Origin: Candidatus Nealsonbacteria bacterium | GTDB lineage: Bacteria; Patescibacteriota; Minisyncoccia; Minisyncoccales; RBG-13-36-15 | Direction of reading: 5' to 3' | Assembly: GCA_011050465.1 (NCBI GenBank) | Contig: DRFQ01000001.1 | Coordinates: forward strand, 37,225-101,224 | DNA length: 64,000 nucleotides | Shown here: piece by piece, positions 52,923 to 62,551 of the stretch | Layout: each line of letters opens with the position of its first letter | How positions within the stretch are numbered: the first letter of the stretch is position 1 | The notes under the pieces: generated by a model | What the model saw: the letters and a program-made list of their open reading frames with translations, nothing else | Databases searched by the model: none | What the model was told of the DNA's origin: nothing | Position numbers and translations under genes: made by a program

Positions 52923-53846
52923 CTAAATATTAAATAATTTTTTAGTATTTTGGCAGGTTATCCGAGTTACTTCTTCAAAAGTTATATTTTTAATTCTTGC
53001 AATTTTTTGAGCAACATATTTAATATAAAGAGGTTCATTCCTCTGGCCTTCGTGGGGGGGCGGAGTTAAATAAGGAGCATCAGTTTCAATTAAAATTTTC
53101 TCTAAGGGTAATTTTTTTACTATTTCCTGCCAATCTGGCGCTCCTTCTATCTTTTTAAAAACTAAGCCATTGAATCCAAAATAAAGGCCCATTTCTAGAT
53201 ATCTCTGTGCCTGCCTTTCATCTCCGGTAAAACAATGAACAACCCCGTTAATTGCTGAAATGTTAGATTGTCTAATTATCTGAATAAGGTCATCGTGAGC
53301 CATTCGACAATGGAAAATTACTGGCAAATTTAGTTCTTTGGCCAAATTTAATTGTTGACAGAGGACGGACCTCTGTTTTTCTTTAAATTGTTCCAGCTTT
53401 TTTTTAGTTTTGGGTTTGTAATAATAATCTAAGCCAATCTCGCCAATGGCTACCACCCGCCTCCTCGGCGGGTCGCCGATGAGGCGACTTTTTTCATCTT
53501 GGGCCAAATCTTTAATTTGAGCGGAGCGAAAATCAAGGTTCTTGCCAAGGGCAAGGTTCTTATACTTTTCGTAGTCAAATTCTTCTATCCGAGTTTTAAA
53601 GATTGTCTGAGAATCTACTTCTGAATGATCGACTTTTCTTTCTTCCAGATGAATTGGATGAAGGCCAATGGCAGCAAAAACTCCGTTGTCATATCTCTTG
53701 GCAATTTCAACTGCTCTCCTGCTCGTTGAATATTGAGAACCAACATTTATCACCCAGACATTATTCTCTAAAGTCCGCTTAATGACTTCGTCAACATCAT
53801 CTTTAAAAGCATTAAAATTCAAATGAGTATGAGAGTCAATTAACAT
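52923..53846 (-). CDS. tatD: TatD-family metal-dependent DNase/hydrolase (with long insertion)
   Basis: 307 aa with MLIDSHTHL, VVAIGEIGLDY, VIFHCR and ETDAPYL motifs. Confidence 0.9.
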   Translation of the reverse strand: MLIDSHTHLNFNAFKDDVDEVIKRTLENNVWVINVGSQYSTSRRAVEIAKRYDNGVFAAIGLHPIHLEERKVDHSEVDSQTIFKTRIEEFDYEKYKNLALGKNLDFRSAQIKDLAQDEKSRLIGDPPRRRVVAIGEIGLDYYYKPKTKKKLEQFKEKQRSVLCQQLNLAKELNLPVIFHCRMAHDDLIQIIRQSNISAINGVVHCFTGDERQAQRYLEMGLYFGFNGLVFKKIEGAPDWQEIVKKLPLEKILIETDAPYLTPPPHEGQRNEPLYIKYVAQKIARIKNITFEEVTRITCQNTKKLFNI

Positions 53847-53850
53847 AATT

Positions 53851-55326
53851 TTAGAAATCCGGCCAAGGGGCCAGTCGGGGAAAAAGAGATTTTCCCTTTT
53901 CGGGTTTAAATTTTCTCTTTTTATCTTTTATATCAACGCCGAGTTGTTGAAATATTTTCTCTGAAGTTTCTGGTAAAAATGGCTGTAAAAGAAAAGCGAT
54001 GCTAGATAAAGTAAACAGTAAATCTTGTATAACTTTTTGATTTTTATTCTCCCAGGGTTTTTCTTTTTCAATATATTTATCGCAAAAGCTAATTAACTCC
54101 CAAACTGAAGACAAGGCTTTATTAAATTTAAATTCATCTAAAGATTTTTTATAACTTTGCCGGATTTCATCAGTTTTAAGTTGAATGGCTTGGAGGGGAT
54201 AGGCTTTTATGTCTATTTTCTCAGCAAGAGTTAATATTCTGGCCACCAAGTTCCCAAGACCACTTGATAAATCAGCATTATATCTTTTCTCAAATTTCTC
54301 ATAAGTAAAGTCGCCGTCTTCGGTTGGTGGAATTTCCTTTAAAAGAAAATACCTGACAGGGTCTGTACCGTATTTTTTTACCAGTTTGAAAGGATCGATA
54401 ACATTACCCAAACTCTTTGACATTTTTTGGCCTTCTACCGAAATGAAACCATGAACAAAAATATTTTTTGGCAACTCTAATCCCAAAGAAAAAAGGATGC
54501 CTGGCCAAATTGCAGCATGAAACCTCAAAATATCCTTGCCAATACAATGAATATCAGCTGGCCAATATTTTTTAAATTCTGATGAATTTTTATCATAACC
54601 AAGAGCAGAAATATAATTGGTTAAAGCATCTGTCCAGACATAAATCGTTTGATTTTTATCATCTGGCACTGGAATCCCCCATTTTAAGTCTTTTCTCGGC
54701 CTAGAAAAACTAACATCTTTCAAGCCCTGTCTAATGAAACTTAATATTTCATTTTTGCGGACCCCTGGAATAATTTTCATTCTGTCTTCTTTTATAGCTT
54801 TTTCGATTTCTTTTGAGTACTTTGAAAGCCTAAAAAAATAATTTTCTTCTTCTATAACTTCTGGCTTCTGTTTATGTAGAATGCATTCGCCATTTATCAA
54901 ATCCTTTTTAGTGATAAAAGCTTCGCAGCCCGAACAATAAAATCCTTTATATTTCTTTTTATAAATATCGCCGTTCTCTTTTAATTTTAGCCAGACTTTT
55001 TTAACTGTTGGCCAATGTTTCTTTTGGTCGGTGGTTCGAATAAAATCGTCGTTAGACAAATTTAAGGTTTTTTTTAATTCTTTAACTTTTTTAACAATCT
55101 GATCGACGAACTCTTCTGGGTTTCTTTTCTCTTCTTCTGCTGCTTTAACTACCTTTGCCCCGTGTTCGTCAGTTCCGGTCAAAAAGAAAACCTCCTCGCC
55201 CAAAAGCCGGTGGTAACGAGCGATAACATCGGCCTGAATTGACTCAAACGCAAAGCCTATATGAGGAAAAGCATTAGTATAAATGATACTAGTGGTAATA
55301 TAGAATTTTTTTCTTTGATTTAACAT
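53851..55326 (-). CDS. metG: methionyl-tRNA synthetase (short form)
   Basis: 491 aa with PHIGFAFE (HIGH-like), the CSGCEAF Zn knuckle and KMSKSLGN. Confidence 0.95.
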   Translation of the reverse strand: MLNQRKKFYITTSIIYTNAFPHIGFAFESIQADVIARYHRLLGEEVFFLTGTDEHGAKVVKAAEEEKRNPEEFVDQIVKKVKELKKTLNLSNDDFIRTTDQKKHWPTVKKVWLKLKENGDIYKKKYKGFYCSGCEAFITKKDLINGECILHKQKPEVIEEENYFFRLSKYSKEIEKAIKEDRMKIIPGVRKNEILSFIRQGLKDVSFSRPRKDLKWGIPVPDDKNQTIYVWTDALTNYISALGYDKNSSEFKKYWPADIHCIGKDILRFHAAIWPGILFSLGLELPKNIFVHGFISVEGQKMSKSLGNVIDPFKLVKKYGTDPVRYFLLKEIPPTEDGDFTYEKFEKRYNADLSSGLGNLVARILTLAEKIDIKAYPLQAIQLKTDEIRQSYKKSLDEFKFNKALSSVWELISFCDKYIEKEKPWENKNQKVIQDLLFTLSSIAFLLQPFLPETSEKIFQQLGVDIKDKKRKFKPEKGKSLFPRLAPWPDF

Positions 55327-55343
55327 AAATTTAAGAAATGGAG

Positions 55344-56021
55344 CTATTTCTTTTTCACAATAATTGTGAATTCGCCTTTTATTTTGTCTTTCTTGATTTT
55401 CTCAATAACTTCTTCGATATCTCCTCGATAAGTTGTTTCAAATTTCTTGGTTAATTCTCGACAAACGACTATTGTTAATTGTTGATTACCAAGGGTTGAC
55501 TGTAACTCCTTTAAGGTTTTGATTATTCGGTAAGGCGATTCGTAAAAGATAACTGGATATTTTGACTTTACTACTTCTTCAAAAAATTTTCTGCGTTTCT
55601 TTTTTTTTGGCGGGAATCCCAAAAACAAAAATTTATCCATCGACAAACCAGAAATTGAAGCTGCGGCTATCACCGCCGAAGATCCAGGGATAGGAATAAC
55701 TTTTACTTGATCACTTAATAGTTCGATTACTGTTTTAACTAATTCGTTTCCTGGATCTGAAATTCCTGGCGTTCCGGCATCAGAAACTAAAGCTAAATTC
55801 TTGCTACTTTTTAGAAGTTGAATTATAGAATTAACTCTCTGAAGCCTTGAATGCTGATGATAGCTTAAAGTAGAAGTTCTTATATTGTAGTGGTTAAGCA
55901 ATCTTTTGGTCACCCTGGTATCTTCGCACAAAATTAAATCAGCCTCTTTTAATACTTCTAGAGCTCGGAGGCTGATATCCTTAAGGTTGCCAATTGGGGT
56001 TGCAACAATGTATAAATTCAT
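55344..56021 (-). CDS. rsmI: 16S rRNA (cytidine1402-2'-O)-methyltransferase
   Basis: 225 aa with LYIVATPIGNLKDISLRALEVLKEADLILCEDTR, the tetrapyrrole-methylase-fold RsmI signature. Confidence 0.9.
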   Translation of the reverse strand: MNLYIVATPIGNLKDISLRALEVLKEADLILCEDTRVTKRLLNHYNIRTSTLSYHQHSRLQRVNSIIQLLKSSKNLALVSDAGTPGISDPGNELVKTVIELLSDQVKVIPIPGSSAVIAAASISGLSMDKFLFLGFPPKKKKRRKFFEEVVKSKYPVIFYESPYRIIKTLKELQSTLGNQQLTIVVCRELTKKFETTYRGDIEEVIEKIKKDKIKGEFTIIVKKK

Positions 56022-56072
56022 TGTCTCATTGTTGAATGGTTATATTGTCAAATTGAAAAGCAATTTAGCAAT

Positions 56073-57101
56073 TTATAACACTATTGATTCCTCTTCCTTC
56101 TTTTTTGCTAAAAAATCTTTTAGAAATTCAGACAGAATTCCAGCCAGAGGAATTGCAAATATTGCCCCTAAAATCCCAAGCAATTTCCCGCCAATAACCA
56201 GAGAGATTAAGACAATAACCGGAGAAAGCGCAACAAACCTCTTGGTCAACAAAGGAGTCAGGATGTTATTTTCGATCTGTTGAACCAGGGTAAAGGCAAC
56301 TAAAGCGAAAATTGCCCTCAAGGTACTATCCAGAGAAATGATTACAAAAATCAGAATACCGGTCACAATCGGGCCAATAATAGGAATAAAGTTCAGAACT
56401 CCAGCCAATAATCCTAGGGTCAAAGGATATTTTACATTAAGAATTAAGAAAGCGACATAAACAACTCCGCCAACAAAAATACTGGCTAAAATCCTACTGA
56501 GAAACCAACCGCTTACTTTCCTCTGGCATCTTGCCCAAAGGTGCAAAACATAGGTTTCATATTTTTTAGGGAATAACAGTGATAATGATTTCTCCACTCC
56601 TTTTTCTTCTAAAGAAAGGAAAATAGCAATAGTGACAACATAGATAGTGGAAAAAATACCGCCAAAAATGGCTGATACGGCTCCTAAAAAGCTAGCCGCT
56701 ATTGTCTCCACTGATTTATTAAGCAACCCTATAAAACTTTCTATATCCTCGAAGGCTTCTACTCCCAGGCTTTTCAGGGGAGGGGAAATTGTTTCAAAGT
56801 ATTCAGGGAGACCTTGAGAAAATTTCTGGATTTCAACGAAAAATAAAGAAGCAAGAGAATAAATCAATAGGCTTATTAGACCGAAAATTCCGATATAAAC
56901 AAAAATAACTGCCAATACCCGCGGGATTCTTTTTCTTTGGAGGAAATCGATTATCGGATTAAATAGAATAGAAATAATTAAGGCGAAAATCGAGAGAATT
57001 AAAATATCCCTAATCAAATAAATTATGTAGAAAAGGAGAGCAATAAACGCTATTTTAAAAATTGTTCCCAAAGATATGTCTAAAACACGGCTTCCGTTCA
57101 T
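56073..57101 (-). CDS. AI-2E family transporter (PerM/YdiK-like)
   Basis: 342 aa, 7-8 TM helices, with the NFIPIIGPIV motif. Confidence 0.8.
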   Translation of the reverse strand: MNGSRVLDISLGTIFKIAFIALLFYIIYLIRDILILSIFALIISILFNPIIDFLQRKRIPRVLAVIFVYIGIFGLISLLIYSLASLFFVEIQKFSQGLPEYFETISPPLKSLGVEAFEDIESFIGLLNKSVETIAASFLGAVSAIFGGIFSTIYVVTIAIFLSLEEKGVEKSLSLLFPKKYETYVLHLWARCQRKVSGWFLSRILASIFVGGVVYVAFLILNVKYPLTLGLLAGVLNFIPIIGPIVTGILIFVIISLDSTLRAIFALVAFTLVQQIENNILTPLLTKRFVALSPVIVLISLVIGGKLLGILGAIFAIPLAGILSEFLKDFLAKKKEEESIVL

Positions 57102-58453
57102 ATCTTTAATAGTTTTTTGAATTTATTTTTATCTTGAAAAGGCCCAATAAAGGCTAAATTTAATTTTTGCGGTTGAAATATTTCTTGAGCAACCAATTGA
57201 ACATCTTCGACCGTTACTTCATCAATTTTCTTTAATTGCTCTTTTAAGGTTAAAATTTTTTCTTCTAATATCTCTTGTCCAGCATAAAAGCTCGCCTGAG
57301 TATCAGAAGATTCTAAAGATAAAATCGAGTTCCCTTTTAGATAATCTTTGGATTTCTGCAGCTCTCTCTTATCTACTTTTTTATTCTTTAAAGACTTATA
57401 CTCTTTTAAAATCAAACTTATTGCCTTCTCTGTATTTTTATGATCCACCCCGCTTTGAGTCACTAAATATCCAGTGTCTGGATTATTCTCAGAAGAAGAT
57501 CTGATATAATAACATAAGCCTGCCTTCTCTCTAACTGATATAAAAAGCCGAGAGCTCATATTCCCACCCAGAATAGTAGTTAACACTACTTGGGCGTATT
57601 TTTTAGGATGAAATAAACCATAAGCCCTAACCCCTAAGCAAAAATGGGTTTGGTCGGTTTTTTTAAAATGGAACAGACTCTGGGGACGATTTTGCTTTTC
57701 AGTCACTTTCAATCTTTTTTCGGGAATTCCAGTTCTTATCTTTTTAAAATATTTTTTAATTTTCTTCTCGATGGCCTCTGGATTAATATTGCCGGCCACA
57801 CAAACAATAGTGTTTTTTGCCAAATAATGATTTTTGAAGTAATCCAAGAGTTGGTTTCTTTTTATTTTGGCGATAACTTCTTTTTCACCGGTTATCATCC
57901 AACCAGCCGGTTGATTTCCGTAAAGCAGCTTTTCCCATAAATCATGAATATAGCTCATAGGTGTGTCCAAATACATATTTATTTCTTCAATGATCACTCT
58001 TTTTTCTCTCTCTATTTCTTGCGCTTCAAACTTTGAATTCAGGAGGATATCTGAAACCCAGTCTAAGGCCAAATCTAAATGTTGGGAATCAATTTTCGCC
58101 CAATAACCGGTTAATTCTTTCGAGGTAAAAGCGTTGTACATTCCCCCTACTCGGTCAAGGGTTTCAGCGATCTTGAGGGTGCTTGGTCTCTTTTTTGTTC
58201 CTTTAAAAAACATATGCTCCAAAAAGTGAGAAATGCCGTTGATTTCTTTTGTTTCATATTTCGAACCCGTCCCAACTAACACCAAAACAGTTACTGTTTT
58301 GGTGTTTTTCAAAGGAACAGTAATAACCCGAAAACCATTTCTAAAAGTAGTTTTTTTGAACATCTTTAAAGGCCTGGAATTAGAGCAAGACTCTTCATAT
58401 TTCAGTTTATCAAATTTTTCATTAAAAACAAAATCCCCACCACTTTTTATCAA
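57098..58453 (-). CDS. M16-family zinc peptidase (pitrilysin-like)
   Basis: 451 aa with the HFLEHMFFKGT inverted zinc motif (HxxEH). Confidence 0.85.
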   Translation of the reverse strand: MIKSGGDFVFNEKFDKLKYEESCSNSRPLKMFKKTTFRNGFRVITVPLKNTKTVTVLVLVGTGSKYETKEINGISHFLEHMFFKGTKKRPSTLKIAETLDRVGGMYNAFTSKELTGYWAKIDSQHLDLALDWVSDILLNSKFEAQEIEREKRVIIEEINMYLDTPMSYIHDLWEKLLYGNQPAGWMITGEKEVIAKIKRNQLLDYFKNHYLAKNTIVCVAGNINPEAIEKKIKKYFKKIRTGIPEKRLKVTEKQNRPQSLFHFKKTDQTHFCLGVRAYGLFHPKKYAQVVLTTILGGNMSSRLFISVREKAGLCYYIRSSSENNPDTGYLVTQSGVDHKNTEKAISLILKEYKSLKNKKVDKRELQKSKDYLKGNSILSLESSDTQASFYAGQEILEEKILTLKEQLKKIDEVTVEDVQLVAQEIFQPQKLNLAFIGPFQDKNKFKKLLKI

Positions 58454-58503
58454 CTAAACCTGAACAAGCAAATTATACAAAAAATGGTGGGGGCTTTTGG
58501 TTA

Positions 58504-59850
58504 TTACAATTTTTGCCTTAGAACCTCAACTAAATCATTAACTTTTACTCTCTCTTGCTTCATCGTATCACGATCTCTAATGGTCACATCGTTTTGTTTT
58601 AAAGTCTCAAAATCGATCGTAACTGCGTACAAAACTCCGGTCTCGTCCCCCCTACGGTATCTTCTGCCAATTGAACCCAATTCATCGTATTGAGTAATAA
58701 AATGAGGTTTTAATATTTGATAAACTTCTTTGGCTTTTTTAACTAATGCTGATTTATTCTTAACCAAAGGCAGAACTGCTATTTTTATTGGCGCTAAAGA
58801 TTTATGAAGTTTAAGTAAAATCTCGGTCTCTTTGACGGCTTTAGTGGTTTTAGTCCTGCCGCCTTTTATTTCTTGATAGCTATCTATCAAAAAAGCAAAA
58901 AGAGATCTTTCCACTCCAACCGATGTTTCAATAATATAAGGAAAGTATTGTTCTTTAGTTTCTTCATCAAAATATTTCAAGTCTTTTCCTGAATATTTTG
59001 AATGGTTAGATAAATCCCAATCTCCCCGATTATGAATTCCCTCAATTTCTTTCCACCCAAAAGGAAATTTATACTCAATATCTATTGCCCGCTTGGCATA
59101 ATGGGGAAGTTCAGATTCTGAGGCCTCTTTTATCCTTAAGTTTGATTTTTTGATTCCCAAGCTTAAATACCACTTCATTCTCTCTTTCTTCCAAAAATCA
59201 AACCATCTGGCTGCTGTTTTTGGGTGGCAAAACCACTGCATTTCCATCTGCTCAAATTCTCGAGTTCGATAAATAAAGTCTTTTGGAGTAATTTCATTTC
59301 TGAAGGATTTTCCAATCTGAGCTATCCCAAAGGGGATTTTCAACCTCATTGAATTTAAAACATTTTCGAAATTCACGTAAATCCCCTGGCAGGTTTCGGC
59401 CCGCAAATAAGTCTGGGTAGCTTTTTCTTCAACCGCTCCAACAAAAGTTTTCATCATTAAATTAAATTTCCGGGGCTTGGTTAGCTGACCACCGCATTCA
59501 AGACATTTTGAATCTTTTGACTCATCTAACCGAAATCTTTTATGACATGATTTGCATTCAACCAATTCATCTGCAAAGCCGGCCGTCAAGTGGCCGGAAG
59601 CCTGCCAAACTTTAGGCGACATTAAAATAGCTGCATCTAAGCCGACAATATTGTCATGCAATCTTATCATTTCGTTCCACCAAGCTTTTTTAATGTTGTT
59701 TTTAAATTCTACTCCCAAAGGCCCGAAATCATAACAAGACCTAAAACCGCCATAAATCTCAGATGACGGAAAAATAAAACCCCGCCTCTTTGCGAGACTG
59801 ACTATTTTTTCCATTAAATTAGATTGATCTTTTAAATATTTTTCTTTCAT
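58504..59850 (-). CDS. glyQS: glycyl-tRNA synthetase, dimeric (alpha2) type
   Basis: 448 aa with class II motifs (FRNEITPKDFIYRTREFEQMEMQWF, GVERS) and a C-terminal anticodon-binding domain. Confidence 0.95.
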   Translation of the reverse strand: MKEKYLKDQSNLMEKIVSLAKRRGFIFPSSEIYGGFRSCYDFGPLGVEFKNNIKKAWWNEMIRLHDNIVGLDAAILMSPKVWQASGHLTAGFADELVECKSCHKRFRLDESKDSKCLECGGQLTKPRKFNLMMKTFVGAVEEKATQTYLRAETCQGIYVNFENVLNSMRLKIPFGIAQIGKSFRNEITPKDFIYRTREFEQMEMQWFCHPKTAARWFDFWKKERMKWYLSLGIKKSNLRIKEASESELPHYAKRAIDIEYKFPFGWKEIEGIHNRGDWDLSNHSKYSGKDLKYFDEETKEQYFPYIIETSVGVERSLFAFLIDSYQEIKGGRTKTTKAVKETEILLKLHKSLAPIKIAVLPLVKNKSALVKKAKEVYQILKPHFITQYDELGSIGRRYRRGDETGVLYAVTIDFETLKQNDVTIRDRDTMKQERVKVNDLVEVLRQKL

Positions 59851-59867
59851 TTAACGGACAAAGAGTA

Positions 59868-60005
59868 AAAGAGGCGCCCGCTCCGACTCGCCCGCTCCGA
59901 CTCGCCATCTTCGGCAAGGCTGGGCGGAGACGAGGCGAGAGGCTCGCCCCCAACGGGGGCGGCCCGTCGCCTGCCTCGTAGGCCGAGTACACAAATTTTA
60001 TGTAC
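59868..60005. other. GC-rich, strongly structured intergenic segment with a tandem 15-mer
   Basis: CCCGCTCCGACTCGC occurs twice in tandem (59877-59906). Hairpins are GCCCCC-AAC-GGGGGC, nested in GAGGCGA...TCGCCT, and CCGAGTACA-(10 nt)-TGTACTTCGG. GC is far above the local background. Confidence 0.7.
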
Positions 60006-60069
60006 TTCGGTCCTGTGGGGTTTAACTAGTGATGCGATTTTTTACATGAAACCATCCATGTTTTAATTT

Positions 60070-61710
60070 CTACTGGACAATGCCTTGTTGGTTAGAAATC
60101 GTTGGATCATCTGGTAAGTTTGTTTTAATTACCGAGTCTTCCTCTCTAATGATGAATTCTGTCCAGGTATCTTCGCCTATTATTCTAGCCCCGGGAATAA
60201 GATCTACAACCTTTCCTTTCTGGGTTGGTTTAGGCGTAAATTTAATTTGGAAATTAATTTCTTGGCCTTCTTTCCCTGCCAAAAGATCTCCAATGTCCCA
60301 AACGATTTCTCGGCTGCCTGGATCAAAAGATAATTTTGCTTCTTTGACCTCAATTTCTCCGGTTAACCATACTGTTGAAGGCAAGGTTGCTTTAGCTTTT
60401 ACATTTTTAGTGTCATTATAAAAACTTTTGACCTGCCAGTATATAGTATAAGTCGTAAAAGAACCTACTTTAGGAGGGATAGAACCTGTATTTTGAAACG
60501 GCCCTTGGTTGAAAAAACCTTTTTGGGAAATAACAAGTTTTGAATTAATCTTAGTAATAATCTCTTCTTTTGCTTGGTTAAGGTTAATCTTTGCTTTAAT
60601 CACGGGATTCCTCAGGCCAGAAGAAAATTCTTTTTTCACCTGAACCCAAAATTCAACTTTTCCTTCTTCCAAAGATGGTAAAAGACGAAGCTGAGGAACC
60701 ATTATTTGATCCCAATAGATAGTTCCAATTTCTTTCTGGAATTTACCAGAACCCGGCTGTAAATTATCGAAATCTAAAGTATCTCCTTCTAATTTCACTC
60801 TTAAAAATAAATTTTCCAGGGCGGTTTCGCCAATGTTCTTGAAAGAAATTTCATAATGCAAATAGTCATCGGGATTAGCCGTATATTGAGGAGAGCCATT
60901 TACTTGCCAATAAATATAGATTGAAGGCTCAATTAACTCTAAACCCTTGGCAATCTCTTTTAAAACAATCGCATTATCTTGGTGCCAAGAAATCAACCGA
61001 GCTCGAAAAATTTTCCGCGAAAAAACTTCACCGGCTAATTTTCCCTCAATCTCTATTCTTCCTCCTTGGGCTTTATTTAAAAGACTAATTTCCCATTCAT
61101 TCTCAGCTAAACCTTTTGGTTTGCTGTTTATGAATTCAAAACCTTGAGGGTAATCAATTTCTATTCTTAGATTAGAAAGAGGGAAATCAACGTTTGAAAA
61201 ATAGTTAAGCCTTATTTTAATATTTTTACCAGCTTCCAATTTGGAAGAAAAATCAAATTCAAAAGTTAGGGGAATAAATTGTATTAAGGCAGTGTGAGAA
61301 GTGCTCAATTCAAAACGAGTATTTAAATTTTTAACCCTATAACTCAAAGCAACTTTGGCTTTCTTGGCTTCGTTTTCTTTCCCTAAAAGCCTCGCTTTAA
61401 AAGAAAGGGTCTTTTCTTCGCCCGGATAAATGTTTTCAAGGTCCATCTCTTGCCTTAAGGATTTTCCTTCTTCAATTACTGCCCCTTCGGGATATTCGAA
61501 AATAAGCCTTGGCTCCTCTATAGTAAGGTTGCCATTGTTTTTATATTTAACTAAATACTCAATCTCCTGGCCTAACTCTATTTCAGTAAGGGCTAAAATT
61601 TCTAACTTCAAAATTCCTTTCGAAAAAAAGTTTTTTTGGTAATACCAGACCGCTGATCCTATTAGTAAAATAACTAAAATGATAAATATGGTAAGAATTT
61701 TTCTACGCAT
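60070..61710 (-). CDS. membrane-anchored hypothetical protein with Ig-like/DUF11-type repeats
   Basis: 546 aa with an N-terminal TM helix, then beta-rich repeats of about 100 aa (..Y.V.YKN.G...). No catalytic motifs. Confidence 0.45.
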   Translation of the reverse strand: MRRKILTIFIILVILLIGSAVWYYQKNFFSKGILKLEILALTEIELGQEIEYLVKYKNNGNLTIEEPRLIFEYPEGAVIEEGKSLRQEMDLENIYPGEEKTLSFKARLLGKENEAKKAKVALSYRVKNLNTRFELSTSHTALIQFIPLTFEFDFSSKLEAGKNIKIRLNYFSNVDFPLSNLRIEIDYPQGFEFINSKPKGLAENEWEISLLNKAQGGRIEIEGKLAGEVFSRKIFRARLISWHQDNAIVLKEIAKGLELIEPSIYIYWQVNGSPQYTANPDDYLHYEISFKNIGETALENLFLRVKLEGDTLDFDNLQPGSGKFQKEIGTIYWDQIMVPQLRLLPSLEEGKVEFWVQVKKEFSSGLRNPVIKAKINLNQAKEEIITKINSKLVISQKGFFNQGPFQNTGSIPPKVGSFTTYTIYWQVKSFYNDTKNVKAKATLPSTVWLTGEIEVKEAKLSFDPGSREIVWDIGDLLAGKEGQEINFQIKFTPKPTQKGKVVDLIPGARIIGEDTWTEFIIREEDSVIKTNLPDDPTISNQQGIVQ

Positions 61711-61775
61711 AGTCTTATAAGATCGATCTTATTATTAATATCAAGATTAATCCTAAGATTAATATAACAAAGAGG

Positions 61776-62513
61776 TTAAGGGCTCGGAATGACTGACCTT
61801 GCAGAGCAAGATAAATACAAATCGGAAATTCCGTTGAGAAGTTTTAGGTCGTGATCTGATGCTTTGAGGCGTGAAATCGTCTTCCAGTCTTTTATCAAAA
61901 TGAATCTTAATATTTTTGTAGTGTCGGGAGAGATCTCTTCGCCTATTTTTGATTTTTGAAAACAATTATTGCAGATTACTCCCCCTTCCTGAGGATTAAA
62001 AAATAACAGAGAAGGAATTAACTTTTTCTGACAGATTAAACAGTTATAAAGTTCCGGTTTATACCCTAAAATAATAAGAAGCTTCCAAAAAAAATAGTGA
62101 TAAATTAACTGAAAGTTCTTTACTGATGACTGATGACTATTTAAAATTCTAAAAGTTTTTAGGAGTAAGCTCCAGATCATTTCTTCTTTTTCTTCAGTTC
62201 CTGCTAAAACGTCTAATGACGCTGCGATCTTGCCGGCAATAATTAATTTTCCCAAATCCTTTTGTATCTGAGGGAATTTCTCAATAAGAATAGCGTCAGT
62301 TAAGGTTTTGTGGATTTTCCCCCGAATAAATTCAATATCAGAAAGATAGAAAATATCAGCCCCAGATCTTAATTTCGATTTAATTTTTCTTATCGCTTTC
62401 CCCAAAATTTCAACTTTCCCATAATCTTTTGTATAAACCGTAAAAAATTGATTAGCTTCGCCACGATCTATTTTTCTTAAAATCAAACCTTGAGTCCGAT
62501 AATGAATAAACAT
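61776..62513 (-). CDS. recO: DNA repair protein RecO
   Basis: 245 aa with an N-terminal OB fold (TQGLILRKIDRGEANQFFTVYTKDYGKVE...KSKLR) and the Zn finger CLICQKK...CNNC. Confidence 0.8.
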   Translation of the reverse strand: MFIHYRTQGLILRKIDRGEANQFFTVYTKDYGKVEILGKAIRKIKSKLRSGADIFYLSDIEFIRGKIHKTLTDAILIEKFPQIQKDLGKLIIAGKIAASLDVLAGTEEKEEMIWSLLLKTFRILNSHQSSVKNFQLIYHYFFWKLLIILGYKPELYNCLICQKKLIPSLLFFNPQEGGVICNNCFQKSKIGEEISPDTTKILRFILIKDWKTISRLKASDHDLKLLNGISDLYLSCSARSVIPSP

Positions 62514-62551
62514 ACATTTCTCGACTACTTCCGTAATTTAATGATCTAATA

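Noticed and set aside
59877-59906. CRISPR-like direct repeats
   Set aside because: There are only two directly adjacent 15-nt copies with no spacers, so this is not a CRISPR array. No cas genes are in the window.
59851-60069. T-box leaders upstream of glyQS (also considered for hisS, tyrS, leuS, metG)
   Set aside because: I could not find the conserved T-box sequence (AAnnnGGGTGGnACCGCG-like) or a specifier-loop architecture. The hisS and tyrS spacers are too short.
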